Made by a program: the position numbers and the translations under genes
In this document: one piece after another, positions 53,599 through 64,000 of the stretch
How the letters are laid out: the number at the start of each line of letters is the position of its first letter
Numbering within the stretch: position 1 is the first letter of the stretch
Notes under the pieces: model-generated
Database searches by the model: none
Told to the model about the DNA's origin: nothing
The model's input: only the letters and a program-made list of their open reading frames with translations
Assembly (NCBI GenBank): GCA_002269645.1
Contig: NIVC01000056.1
Location: 744,001-808,000 of the forward strand
Direction of reading: 5' to 3'
Length of the DNA stretch: 64,000 nt
DNA from: Macrostomum lignano
Taxonomy: Eukaryota

Positions 53599-54956
53599 CC
53601 TGTCATAAAAAACGCGCCCAGCTACCTGAACAGCTGGCCGGCTTTCGTCCATCTCAACGGTGCTAGACGAGCCAACAGAGTTGGCCGCAAAGCAGCTGCC
53701 AGTATCCGAGTGGTTCGAATTCGCATCCACATCATCATCATCATCGTCTTCATAATCAGCCTCACCGGCATCAGCTGTGCGACTTTCATTATTCAAATCG
53801 TCATTGATTTTTTCGGACTCTTCGAATCGGGACTGGACTGGAGGCTCGGATGAGACGGCTCGAACTGGGACGTCGATTTCGTCATCGTCCAGGTCCGAAG
53901 CGGCGCTCTCGCTGTCGCCGTTGATTCGACGTCGGCATTTCACACGACTGTAGAGATCGTTAGATCTGAGGAAGGGGGAGGAGAGAAGTTGATGAGGCGC
54001 TTGATGATGAACAGAGACCAAGGAAAAGTTCGAATGGCCAACGGCTCATTTTAAATGGGGTATCGATATTAGCGAGCTGAACAAAGACTCAATGAGGATA
54101 TTGTCAATCTGAACAAAGACTTCAAAAGATAATTGATTGACAATGACTGTATGGGTAGCCAAGAGCGCCGTAGACCAGCGGCCCAGGCTCGATTCCAAGT
54201 GCAGTCACATTAATTTGGGGCTAAATTGGAGTCTTGGCTTGGCTCTGCTCGTGCAATTAACGGCCTTGAGGCCCAACCCCCCAAGGCACAGTGAAGTGTA
54301 CATGCCTAACGATAAATAAAGTTAGGGCCGCTGTACACTCCTGTGTGAGTGTGTGTCTGCGTACGTATCCGCGCGCTTGTGTGCCTGCTCAGGGGAGTCA
54401 GTGGAATGGGCAGCAGTGCCTCTCGCCGGTTGTGTGACAATGTCGCTTGAAGTGCGCCAGGGTGCACACAGCCCTCTGCCTCTAATTGGCACACCTGCCC
54501 AGGAGAATTCAAATTACGTTAGCTACAAGTCTCAATCCAAACCACAAAGTTCACTTACATAATATCGATTTTACCCGCTTCTAAATCGTCGAAAAATTTC
54601 GTTTTCGACGCGACTAACTGACTAGCGGGCACGACGTCCCATTTTCGATTGGCATTACGTTTTCTAGAACTACTACTGGCAGTAGTGTGAGCAGAGCTAC
54701 CGACGCCACTGCCGGAAGCGACGGCACCTTTCTGTCGAAATTGTTGCACCAGCTCGGCTACGGAGCTCAGGTTGCTCTCCGGTTCCCAGGTATCGTGAGC
54801 TGACGAATAATTCTTCCAGCGAACTTTGAAATGCGCGACGCCATTTTCGAATTTTTCAGCTAACAATTTACCAACGGCGAATAATTGCTGCCTGTTGCTA
54901 CTAGAAGTAGACGGACTGATTATTGGCACTTCGTGATCAGCAGTTGATCCATCCAT
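49384..54956 (-). CDS. MPHOSPH8: M-phase phosphoprotein 8-like (chromodomain, ankyrin repeats, MPP8-type C-terminal domain)
   Basis: In-frame exons 54956-54559, 53965-53626, 52714-51998, 51658-51184, 49796-49384. Chromodomain FAVGKLL...[21 protein letters not shown]; [64 protein letters not shown]-terminus [17 protein letters not shown]...GENRL...RIGVFAFRL resembles vertebrate MPP8 GPCSVQAVVLNDKFQLP...GPNKL...LIGAYRVQL. Confidence 0.8.
50030..51160 (+). repeat. 22-bp minisatellite CCGCAT(T/A)GCAACAGCCTAGAAA (MPP8 intron 4)
   Basis: About 50 units. Confidence 0.96.
51770..51945 (+). repeat. 16-bp repeat GAAGATTCGAGCTTGT (MPP8 intron 3)
   Basis: Same family as 58640-59040. Confidence 0.85.
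52900..53600 (+). repeat. Degenerate (TCTG)n microsatellite (MPP8 intron 2)
   Basis: Directly visible. Confidence 0.96.
54167..54486 (+). mobile_element. tRNA-derived SINE, family A, copy 3 (head deletion, no A tail)
   Basis: Body matches copies 1 and 2. About 28 nt are missing between the two CCAGCG repeats of the head. Lies antisense in MPP8 intron 1. Confidence 0.85.
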
Positions 54957-55149
54957 TTTCTCTTTTAGACTTATTTACTCACCATCAAAGATGAAGGCAG
55001 AGTTTTGAAAAAATTAACTGGAATTACTGATTATCTGTTGTTGGGTTTTTTTTACGAAATTTAGGGTTTCTTTGTAATTGAAGCTCCACTGAAGCATGAA
55101 AAAAAACAAACCGATTATATGTCTAAAAGTTATAGGACCTCTAAGGGAT

Positions 55150-55925
55150 ATGTACAGATGTGAGATTGAGAGATTAGAGATAGACTGGGTGAGATTAGGG
55201 ATAGACTGGGTGAGATTAAAGATAGACTTGGTGAGATTAAGGATACACTGGGTGGGATTAGCGGTAGTATTCTTGAAATTGAGGACACAATTCTAAAGAT
55301 AGGAAAAATAACTTGGAAAAAAGATATTGGGGTGAGAACTAGCTCTACAGATTGGAGATAAAAGTTGATAGATTTGGGATAGAAGTCTATAGATTGTGAA
55401 TAGAAGTATATAGATTGTGGAAAGAAGTCTATAGATTTGGGATAGAAGTCTATAGATTTGGGATAGAAGTCTATAGATTTGGGATAGAAGTCTATAGATT
55501 GGGGATAGAATTCTATAAACTGGGGATAGAAGTCTATAAATTGGGGATAGAGGTCTACAGATTAGGGATAGAAGTCTATAGATTGGGGATAGAAGTCTAC
55601 AGATTGGGGATAGAAGTCTATAGATTTGGGATAGAAGTCTATAGATTGGGGATAGAAGTCTATAAACTGGGGATAGAAGTCTATAGATTGGGGATAGAAG
55701 TCTACAGATTGGGGATAGAAGTCTATAGATTGGGGATAGAATTCTATAAACTGGGGATAGAAGTCTATAAATTGGGAATAGAGGTCTACAGATTAGGGAT
55801 AGAAGTCTATAGATTGGGGATAGAAGTCTACAGATTGGGGATAGAAGTCTATAGATTTGGGATAGAAGTCTACAGATTGGGGATAGAAGTCTATAGATTT
55901 GGGATAGAAGTCTATAGATTCGGGA
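55150..55925 (+). repeat. 21-bp minisatellite GGGATAGAAGTCTATAGATT(T/G)
   Basis: Tandem units upstream of the MPP8 ATG. Confidence 0.94.
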
Positions 55926-56559
55926 AAAAAAAACAACAAACTAAAGCTAAGGCTCAATCACAATAGAAAAATAGAATCAACGCAATTTCCGCAATATATG
56001 TAATATATATTTTATTACTGTTAAGTAGTTTTGTTTGTAAACTACTAAGCCGAACTGGAGGGTAAAATAAACTTTTAATTGAAGATTTAAATTGATTTGA
56101 TAAGAGCAGAAATCGTGTTTAAATAATAATACAGATTTCAGTATCAGAGATAACTATAAGTGAAATTAGCAGGACTTATAGGCACTATTGATAAACAACT
56201 GGCACCTGATCAACTTTCATCTAATACAGAATAATAATACACAAAGTTAGATAAAAAAGCTACTGACTAAACTAATAAGACTCGACAAAGGAAAAATTGA
56301 CACTGGGAAGAAAATGAACAAAAAATAACCCAAAAATATAGGGAGGAGACGAGAACTTCAAGCGAGACTATAACAAACGGAGAGAAAAACAAATATTGGT
56401 GAATTTAAAACAATGAGCTCTTGAAACAGACTAACAACAAGGCTGATAACTATTAATATGCATGCATGATAGCTACGAGTACTTCACAAGGATTCTAAGA
56501 GCCGAAATCTCGTTTCATAAGTGCAACGTACTTGAAAAATTACTAAATGGACAACGCAG

Positions 56560-57200
56560 TCGAATTGGCGCCAAACATTGATTCAAATTGGTGCCAAACA
56601 ATGATTTAAATTGGCGCCAAACATTAATTCGAACTGGCGCCAAACATTGATTCAAACTGGCGCCAAACAGTGATTCAAATTGGCGCCAAACAATGATTTA
56701 AATTGGCGCCAAACAGTGATTCAAATTGGCGCCAAACATTGATTCAAACTGGCGCCAAACAGTGATTCAAATTGGCGCCAAACAATGATTTAAATTGGCG
56801 CCAAACAGTGATTCAAATTGGCCAAACATTAGTTCAAAACAGCGCCAAACATTAGTTCAAAATAGCGCCAAACATTAGTTCAAAATAGCGCCAAACATTA
56901 TTTCAAAATAGCGCCAAAAATTAATTCAAAATAGCGCCAAACATTAATTCAAAATAGCGCCAAAAATTAATTCAAAATAGCGCCAAACATTAGTTCAAAA
57001 TAGCGCCAAACATTAGTTCAAAATAGCGCCAAACATTAGTTCAAAATAGCGCCAAAAATTAATAACAATGATTCAAAATAGCGCCAAACATTGATTCAAA
57101 ATAGCGCCAAAACAATGATTCAAAATAGCGCTAAAACTATGATTCGAACTAGCATCCGAAATGATTTCAAAGTGACGCTACGCTAAACATTGACTCAAAT
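56560..57200 (+). repeat. 23-bp minisatellite TGGCGCCAAACATTGATTCAAAT grading into TAGCGCCAAACATTAGTTCAAAA
   Basis: Two sequential subarrays between the DHTKD1 stop and MPP8. Confidence 0.94.
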
Positions 57201-57467
57201 TGGCGCTAAACAGCTGACAGAACTTGTTTAAAAGATCAAGTTAGCTATTAAGGATAAAATATTTTTTAACACATACACATAGGAAGACAATAATTAAGAA
57301 TACTGCTCGAAATTAAGCTAAATAAAATAACCCATTCACTCAGATTCATTTTCGTATTGCTAGTCTTAAAAAGGATTAAACCAACTAATTCATAAATCAA
57401 CAATAAATTTCAATAGAGATTAACAAAAATTCCAATTAGAAATTCTTAATCGCATTTCAATAACTAA

Positions 57468-60400
57468 TTATAAAAAGAAAGCGTCAGTCATCAGTTGGTC
57501 AGCTTCACTTCGATGCAGCGAACCGATACCAACAGCCGGTGTTGCCAGCTCCTTTCTGCCAGCATAGCGCACACCAGTCAGGCCCAGAAGATTCCTCAAT
57601 CTGGCTTCAACAAAGGACCACGCGCCCATATTGCGAGGCTCCTCTTGGCTCCAGACCAGTTCCCTAGCGTTGGGATATTTGGCTAGTTGAGCGTGCACAT
57701 CGTGCAGCGGGAACGGGGTCAGCTGTTCCACGCGAATTATAGCGGCGTCTTTTATCGACTTGGCTCTGCGATATTCGTCCAACGCGTAATAGTGCTTGCC
57801 TGTGCACATGATTATCCGCTTAGGGCTTTGTGGCGCCTGCAGATGGTTGATTCGTTTTCTAATGTACATTCTGGGGCAGAGGGAACGTCTCAATGTACAT
57901 CCCCTGGGGTAGAGGGGAACGGCTCAATGTACATTCTGGGGTAGAGGGGAACGGCTCAATGTACACTCTGGGGCAGAGGTAAACGGCTCAATGTACACTC
58001 TGGGGCAGAGGTAAACGGCTCAGTGTACATTCTGGGGCGGAGGGGAACGGATCAGTGTACATTCTGGGGCAGAGGTAAACGGCTCAGTGTACATTCTGGG
58101 GCAGGGGGAACCGCTCAGTGTACATTCATTCTGGGGCAGAGAGAAGGGCTCAGTGTACAGTCATTCTGGAGGCAGGGGGAAGGGCTATGTACATGTATTC
58201 TGGGGCAGAGGGGAAGAGCTCAAAGTACTTTCTTTTTGGGGCAGGGTACATTCAAGAACATGGACACAAAGAAGTGAAGATCAAATCTCACAGAAGGGTC
58301 GGGCAGAACATGCTGAAAGTGTCTACCAGGTGCGAGCTCTTCCAAACTGGACACTGCAGCCGGGTGTCTTAGCAAAGTCTTCGGGCTGACAACAATTAGA
58401 GGCTTACGAAATTTCCTACCAATTAGTTGGCGACGAAGCAGGTGAAAGTACTGAGCAGGCGTGGTCGGGTTGACAACCTTGGTAGAAAGGTAATTAATTT
58501 AAAGTCTCCGTTAGATACTAAATCATAGTTTCCAGCGAATTACTATCGATGTCGTTTTCTAAAGCTAAAAGCAAAAAAATTAAAGTAGAAAAAATCTTGC
58601 TAATTAGTCTTTTTTCGAGCTGGCTGAAATTTAGAGTCTGTGAAGCTACGGGCTTGTGAAGATTCGAGTTTGAGAAGATTCGAGTTTGTGAATATTAGAG
58701 TTTGGGAAGAATCGAGTTTGGGAAGAATCGAGTTTGGGAAGAATCGAGTTAGGGAAGAATCGAGTTAGGGAAGAATCGAGTTTGGGAAGAATCGAGTTTG
58801 GAAAGAATCGAGTTTGGAAAGAATCGAGTTTGAGAAGATTCGAGTTTGTGAATATTCGAGTTTGGGAAGAATCGAGTTTGGAAAGAATCGGGTTTGGGAA
58901 GAATCGAGTTTGGAAAGAATCGGGTTTGGGAAGAATCGAGTTTGGGAAGAATCGGGTTTGGGAAGAATCGAGTTTGGGAAGAATCAAGTTTGGGAAGAAT
59001 AGAGTTTGTGAAGATTCGAGTTTGTGAAGTTTCGAGCTTTTTGAGCTTAATTAATCAAACTAATCCCGCCGTCGAATATTGACAAAAATATTTGTCAAAT
59101 TTAAAAAGAACTCAACACAGACAACAGCGTGAATAGGTGCAGCTAATCTACCTGCATATTAACCATATCGGTGTCGGATTCAACCTCGCTAGAATCAGTC
59201 AGCTGAAGCCAACGTTCGATCCGGCAGCTGGAGTGCTCCGGCCCAGCTCCATCGTAACCGTGAGGCAGCAACAGCACCAGGCCATTCTGATGGCCCCACT
59301 TAGCCTCAGCCGAGCCAATATAAGTGTCAATAATAATTTGAGCACCGTTGAAGAAGTCACCGAACTGAGCTTCCCAGATGCACAGCCGATCGGGCTGATC
59401 CATGGCCATGCCGAATTCGAATCCTAGCACAGCCTCTTCGGATAAAATGCTGTTGGCGATCTCCAGCCTACCGGAGGCATCGGCCAGCCTATTCAACGGT
59501 ACATCGATAGCGCCGCCAGCCTGATCAACTAGCATAGCATGCCGCTGACTGAATGTACCCCTGCCAACATCTTGGCCGCTGATTCTACAATGCCGACCCT
59601 GCAGCATCAGCGAGCCGATGGCCAGACACTCGGCCGTGGCCCAATCCATACCCGTTGCTAGGCGCTCTAACCGCTTAGCAACGTGCCCTTTAACTAACGT
59701 AGGATGCAATTGAAATGTTGAATCTTTAGTTGCTACAGAAGCGGTTGCTATGCGTTTCAATTTGTCAGTGTCGAATCCGGTATCCCAAACTGTTAATCGC
59801 CGTTCAGGCGGCCTGACTGAACTCCAGTCACCTTTGCGAACGTACTGATCGATTTTGACAGATTCAGACAGGGCCAATTCATCTGAGAGATGCTGGCGCC
59901 ATTTGGAGCAAGAGTCGGCCACTTGGGATTGCAGATTGGAGTCGAGGCTGCTCACGAATCTGGATTGGAAGACAATGATTGAGAGAGTGAAGATGTTTGA
60001 TCTTTTAGTTAACTGTTTTCTAATCCAGTGCTAATAAACATTCAGGCCATTATTGAGGCAATTATCTTAACTTCACCCTGTATTATCCATATTTTAGCGC
60101 CAAAGCTGACATTTTACTGATATTTTGGCGCCAAAAACAGACACTATATCGCTGATATTTTGGCGCCAAAGCAGACACCATATTGCTGATATTTTGGCAC
60201 CAAAAACAGACACCATATCGCTGATTCTTTGGCGCCAAGAACAGATACCTCTGCTGATATTTTGGCGCCAAAAACAAACACCATACCGCTGATTCTTTGG
60301 CGCCAGAAACAAACACAATACCGCTGATTCTTTGGCGCCAAAAACAGACACCATATCGCTGATTCTTTGGCGCCATAAACAAACACCATATCGCTGATTC

Positions 60401-63400
60401 TTTGGCGCCATAAACAAACACCATATCGCTGATTCTTTGGCGCCAGAAACAAACACCATATCGCTGATTCTTTGGCGCCATAAACAAACACCATATCGCT
60501 GATTCTTTGGCGCCAGAAACAAACACAATACCGCTGATTCTTTGGCGCCAAAAACAGACACCATATCGCTGATTCCTTGGCGCCATAAACAAACACCATA
60601 TCGCTGATTCTTTGGCGCCATAAACAAACACCATATCGCTGATTCTTTGGCGCCAAAAACAAACACCATATCGCTGATTCTTTGGCGCCAGAAACAAACA
60701 CCATATCGCTGATTCTTTGGCGCCATAAACAAACACCATATCGCTGATTCTTTGGCGCCATAAACAAACACCATATCGCTGATTCTTTGGCGCCAAAAAC
60801 AAACACCATATCGCTGATTCTTTGGCGCCATAAACAAACACCATATCGCTGATTCTTTGGCGCCAGAAACAAACACCATATCGCTGATTCTTTGGCGCCA
60901 TAAACAAACACCATATCGCTGATTCTTTGGCGCCAGAAACAAACACAATACCGCTGATTCTTTGGCGCCAAAAACAGACACCATATCGCTGATTCCTTGG
61001 CGCCATAAACAAACACCATATCGCTGATTCTTTGGCGCCATAAACAAACACCATATCGCTGATTTTTGGCGCCAAAAACAAACACCATATCGCTGATTCT
61101 TTGGCGCCAGAAACAAACACCATATCGCTGATTCTTTGGCGCCATAAACAAACACCATATCGCTGATTCTTTGGCGCCATAAACAAACACCATATCGCTG
61201 ATTCTTTGGCGCCAAAAACAAACACCATATCGCTGATTCTTTGGCGCCATAAACAAACACCATATCGCTGATTCTTTGGCGCCATAAACAAACACCATAT
61301 CGCTGATATTTTGGCGCCAAAAACAGATACCTCTGCTGATATTTTGGCGCCAAAACAGACATTTCAATATTAAATTTTGCAGCCAAAATCATAAAACTTT
61401 TTGTTGATATTTTGGCACTAAAAGTGACACTTTGATTGATAGTTTAGCGTCAAAAAAGACAACCCATCACTGTTATTTTGGGACCTTTAAACGCCAAAAA
61501 TGAACCCGATTTGAATTATATGATTCCGTTGATATGATAATTCAAATTAATAATATCTAGCGCATTTAAGTGAAGACACTACTAATAGCTTTTTACTACC
61601 AATAGAGCTATTTTCTATATTAAACTAATAGAGAGAAGCCTTACTTATCAGCGGTAGATTGCCTCGCCCTAATCGCTTTGTACATCAGCGGCTGAGTGAA
61701 GCTGGGCTCGTCCAATTCGTTGTGACCCCAGCGCCTGTAGCAGACCAGATTTATAAACACGTCCCGGCGGAATACCTGCCGATAGTCCAGGGCCAAAGTT
61801 GCCGCTCTGTACACGTCAACGGGATTGTCGGCGTTAACGTGAATGACGGGCACAGCCAGGCTTTTGCCAACATCGGTGCAGTGACGGAAACTGGAGCCGC
61901 GGTCCGACGGGGTTGTGTAACCAACCTGCGGTTTGGAAGGGAGCAGACAGGTCCATTGACAAAAAACACAACCAGGAGACAATAGAAAAACACAACCAGG
62001 AGACAATAGAAAGCAGAAGCCAACAAAAAAAACAAACAGAAGAAAAACACAACAGAAAAACACAATTAGAAGCAGAAGACAACAGAAAAACACAACCAGA
62101 AGCAGAAGCCAACAGAAAAACACAACCAGAAGAAGAAGCCAACAGAAAAACACGACCAGAAGAAGAAGCCAACAGAAAAACACAACCAGAAGAAAAAGAC
62201 AACAGAAAAACACAACCAGAAGAAAAAGACAACAGAAAAACACAACCAGAAGCAGAAAACAGAAAAACACAACCAGAAGCAGAAGCCAACAGAAAAACAC
62301 AACCAGAAGAAGAAGCCAACAGAAAAACACGACCAGAAGAAGAAGCCAACAGAAAAACACAACCAGAAGCAGAAGCCAACAGAAAAACACAACCAGAAGA
62401 AAAAGACAACAGAAAAACACAACCAGAAGCAGAAAAAGGAAAAACACAACCAGAAGCAGAAGCCAACAGAAAAACACAACCAGAAGAAGAAGCCAACAGA
62501 AAAACATGACCAGAAGAAGAAGCCAACAGAAAAACACAACCAGAAGAAAAACAGACACAACCAGAAGAAACACAACCAGAAGAAAAAGAAAAGAAAAACA
62601 CAACCAGAAGAAACAACAGAAAAACACAACCAGAAGCAGTAAACAGAAAAACACAACCAGAAGCAGAAGCCAACAGAAAAACACAACCAGAAGAAAAAGA
62701 CAACAGAAAAACACAACCACAACCAGAAGCAGAAAAAGGAAAAACACACACCAGCAGCAGAAGCCAACAGAAAAACACAACCAGAAGAAAAAGAAGAAAA
62801 ACAACAGAAAAACACAACCAGAAGAAAAAGACAACAGAAAAACACAACCAGAAGAAAAAGACAACAGAAAAACACAACCAGAAGCAGAAAACAGAAAAAC
62901 ACAACCAGAAGCAGAAGCCAACAGAAAAACACAACCAGAAGAAAAAGACAACAGAAAAACACAACCAGAAGCAGAAAAAGGAAAAACACAACCAACAGCA
63001 GAAGCCAACAGAAAAACACAACCAGAAGAAGAAGCCAACAGAAAAACACGACCAGAAGAAGAAGCCAACAGAAAAACACAACCAGAAGAAAAAGACAACA
63101 GAAAAACACAACCAGAAGAAAAAGACAACAGAAAAACACAACCAGAAGCAGAAAACAGAAAAACACAACCAGAAGCAGAAGCCAACAGAAAAACACAACC
63201 AGAAGAAGCCAACAGAAAAACACGACCAGAAGAAGAAGCCAACAGAAAAACACAACCAGAAGAAAAAGACAACAGAAAAACACAATTAGAAGCAGAAGAC
63301 AACAGAAAAACACAACCAGAACCAGAAGACAACAGAAAAACACAACCAGAAGAAAAATACAACAGAAAAGCACAATCAGAAGCAAAAGACAACAGAAAAA

Positions 63401-64000
63401 CACAACCAGAAGCAGAAGACAATGGAAAAAACAACCCGGAAACAGAAGACAACAGAGAAACAACCAGAAGCAGGAAACAGAAAAACACAACCGGAAGCAG
63501 AAGAGAACAGAAAAACACAAGGTAACTAGAAGCAGAAGACAATAGAAAAACACAACTAAAGGCAGAAGACAGCAGAAAACATAGCCAGAAGCAGAAGACA
63601 GTGTAAGACAGCAGAGCACACCTACCAAAAAAGCAATCAGCTCACCTGATTATTAACCACAATATGAATAGTGCCACCAATGCTGTAGTGAGGAACCTCG
63701 GCCATAGCCAGGGTCTCGTACACAATGCCTTGGCCAACAATAGACGCGTCACCGTGAATTAACACGCAACAGGTGGAATCGCCATTCTACTACTACTACT
63801 ACTACTACCCTCAGTAGTATCCTCACGATAATCTCCTTCGCCAAGTCGTTGCATTTTTGATCGAGTCTTACCAGCAGCCACTGGTACGCAAGCTTCTAAA
63901 TGAGACGGATTAGGAATTAACGATACCGTAATGCTCTTCTCTCCGTAGCGCTTGGCAACAGATTGGAAATAATGCGAGAACGTGTCGCCAGTGAAGCCTT
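57468..64000 (-). CDS. DHTKD1: 2-oxoadipate dehydrogenase E1 (DHTKD1), 5' part beyond the window
   Basis: Exons >64000-63646 (apparent 1-nt frameshift at ~63787), 61925-61645, 59959-59152, 58477-58292, 57836-57468. Motifs [119 protein letters not shown] and HSSCRIER favour DHTKD1 over OGDH. Confidence 0.95.
57860..58200 (+). repeat. ~31-bp minisatellite AATGTACATTCTGGGGCAGAGGGAACGGCTC (DHTKD1 intron)
   Basis: Tandem units. Confidence 0.9.
58640..59040 (+). repeat. 16-bp minisatellite GAAGAATCGAGTTTGG (DHTKD1 intron)
   Basis: Tandem units. Confidence 0.94.
60085..61370 (+). repeat. 35-bp minisatellite TGGCGCCATAAACAAACACCATATCGCTGATTCTT (DHTKD1 intron)
   Basis: About 36 units. Confidence 0.97.
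61950..63600 (+). repeat. A/G-rich ~30-bp minisatellite CAGAAGAAGAAGCCAACAGAAAAACACAAC (DHTKD1 intron)
   Basis: Fills the intron bounded by donor 63645 and acceptor 61926. Confidence 0.95.

Noticed and set aside
60083-63628. 400-630-aa ORFs in DHTKD1 introns
   Set aside because: Intronic arrays; only the 3' end of ORF 61641-63542 (from 61925) is a genuine DHTKD1 exon.
63787-63808. 22-nt GT...AG mini-intron to repair the DHTKD1 frameshift
   Set aside because: Removal does not restore the frame, and the intron would be implausibly short.
57468-64000. Calling the E1 gene OGDH/sucA
   Set aside because: Diagnostic motifs ([29 protein letters not shown] near the C-terminus) match DHTKD1 better; spliceosomal introns exclude bacterial sucA.

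Overview
Intron-rich animal genomic DNA, not prokaryotic. The gene models, compact splice sites and very high minisatellite load resemble a free-living flatworm such as Macrostomum (inference, not proven). On the minus strand five co-oriented genes run from the right edge to ~26.4 kb: DHTKD1 (5'-truncated by the window), an MPP8/MPHOSPH8-like chromodomain-ankyrin gene, FAIM, a membrane-anchored copine-type vWA gene (with an antisense single-exon C-type lectin/PAN gene nested in intron 1) and PRPSAP. Their exons splice in frame at canonical GT-AG sites, apart from one apparent 1-nt frameshift in DHTKD1. An ANKS1-like (ANK-SAM-SAM-PTB) gene lies on the plus strand at ~10-21.8 kb and an unidentified multi-exon gene on the minus strand at ~1.6-6.7 kb. 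Almost every intron holds its own tandem array. Mobile DNA includes three copies of a tRNA-derived SINE, a CORE-type SINE, a Tc1 deletion derivative, and a Penelope-like inverted repeat carrying a minimal hammerhead ribozyme. The most unusual observations are: a splice acceptor plus 13 exonic nt plus minisatellite cassette shared between the copine and PRPSAP genes (candidate micro- or poison exon); the hammerhead; an operon-like arrangement with outron-type acceptors; the E2F-type TGGCGCCA core in five unrelated minisatellites; and a covarying stem-loop shared by divergent SINE-like elements. Most long ORFs in the supplied track are artefacts of tandem repeats.
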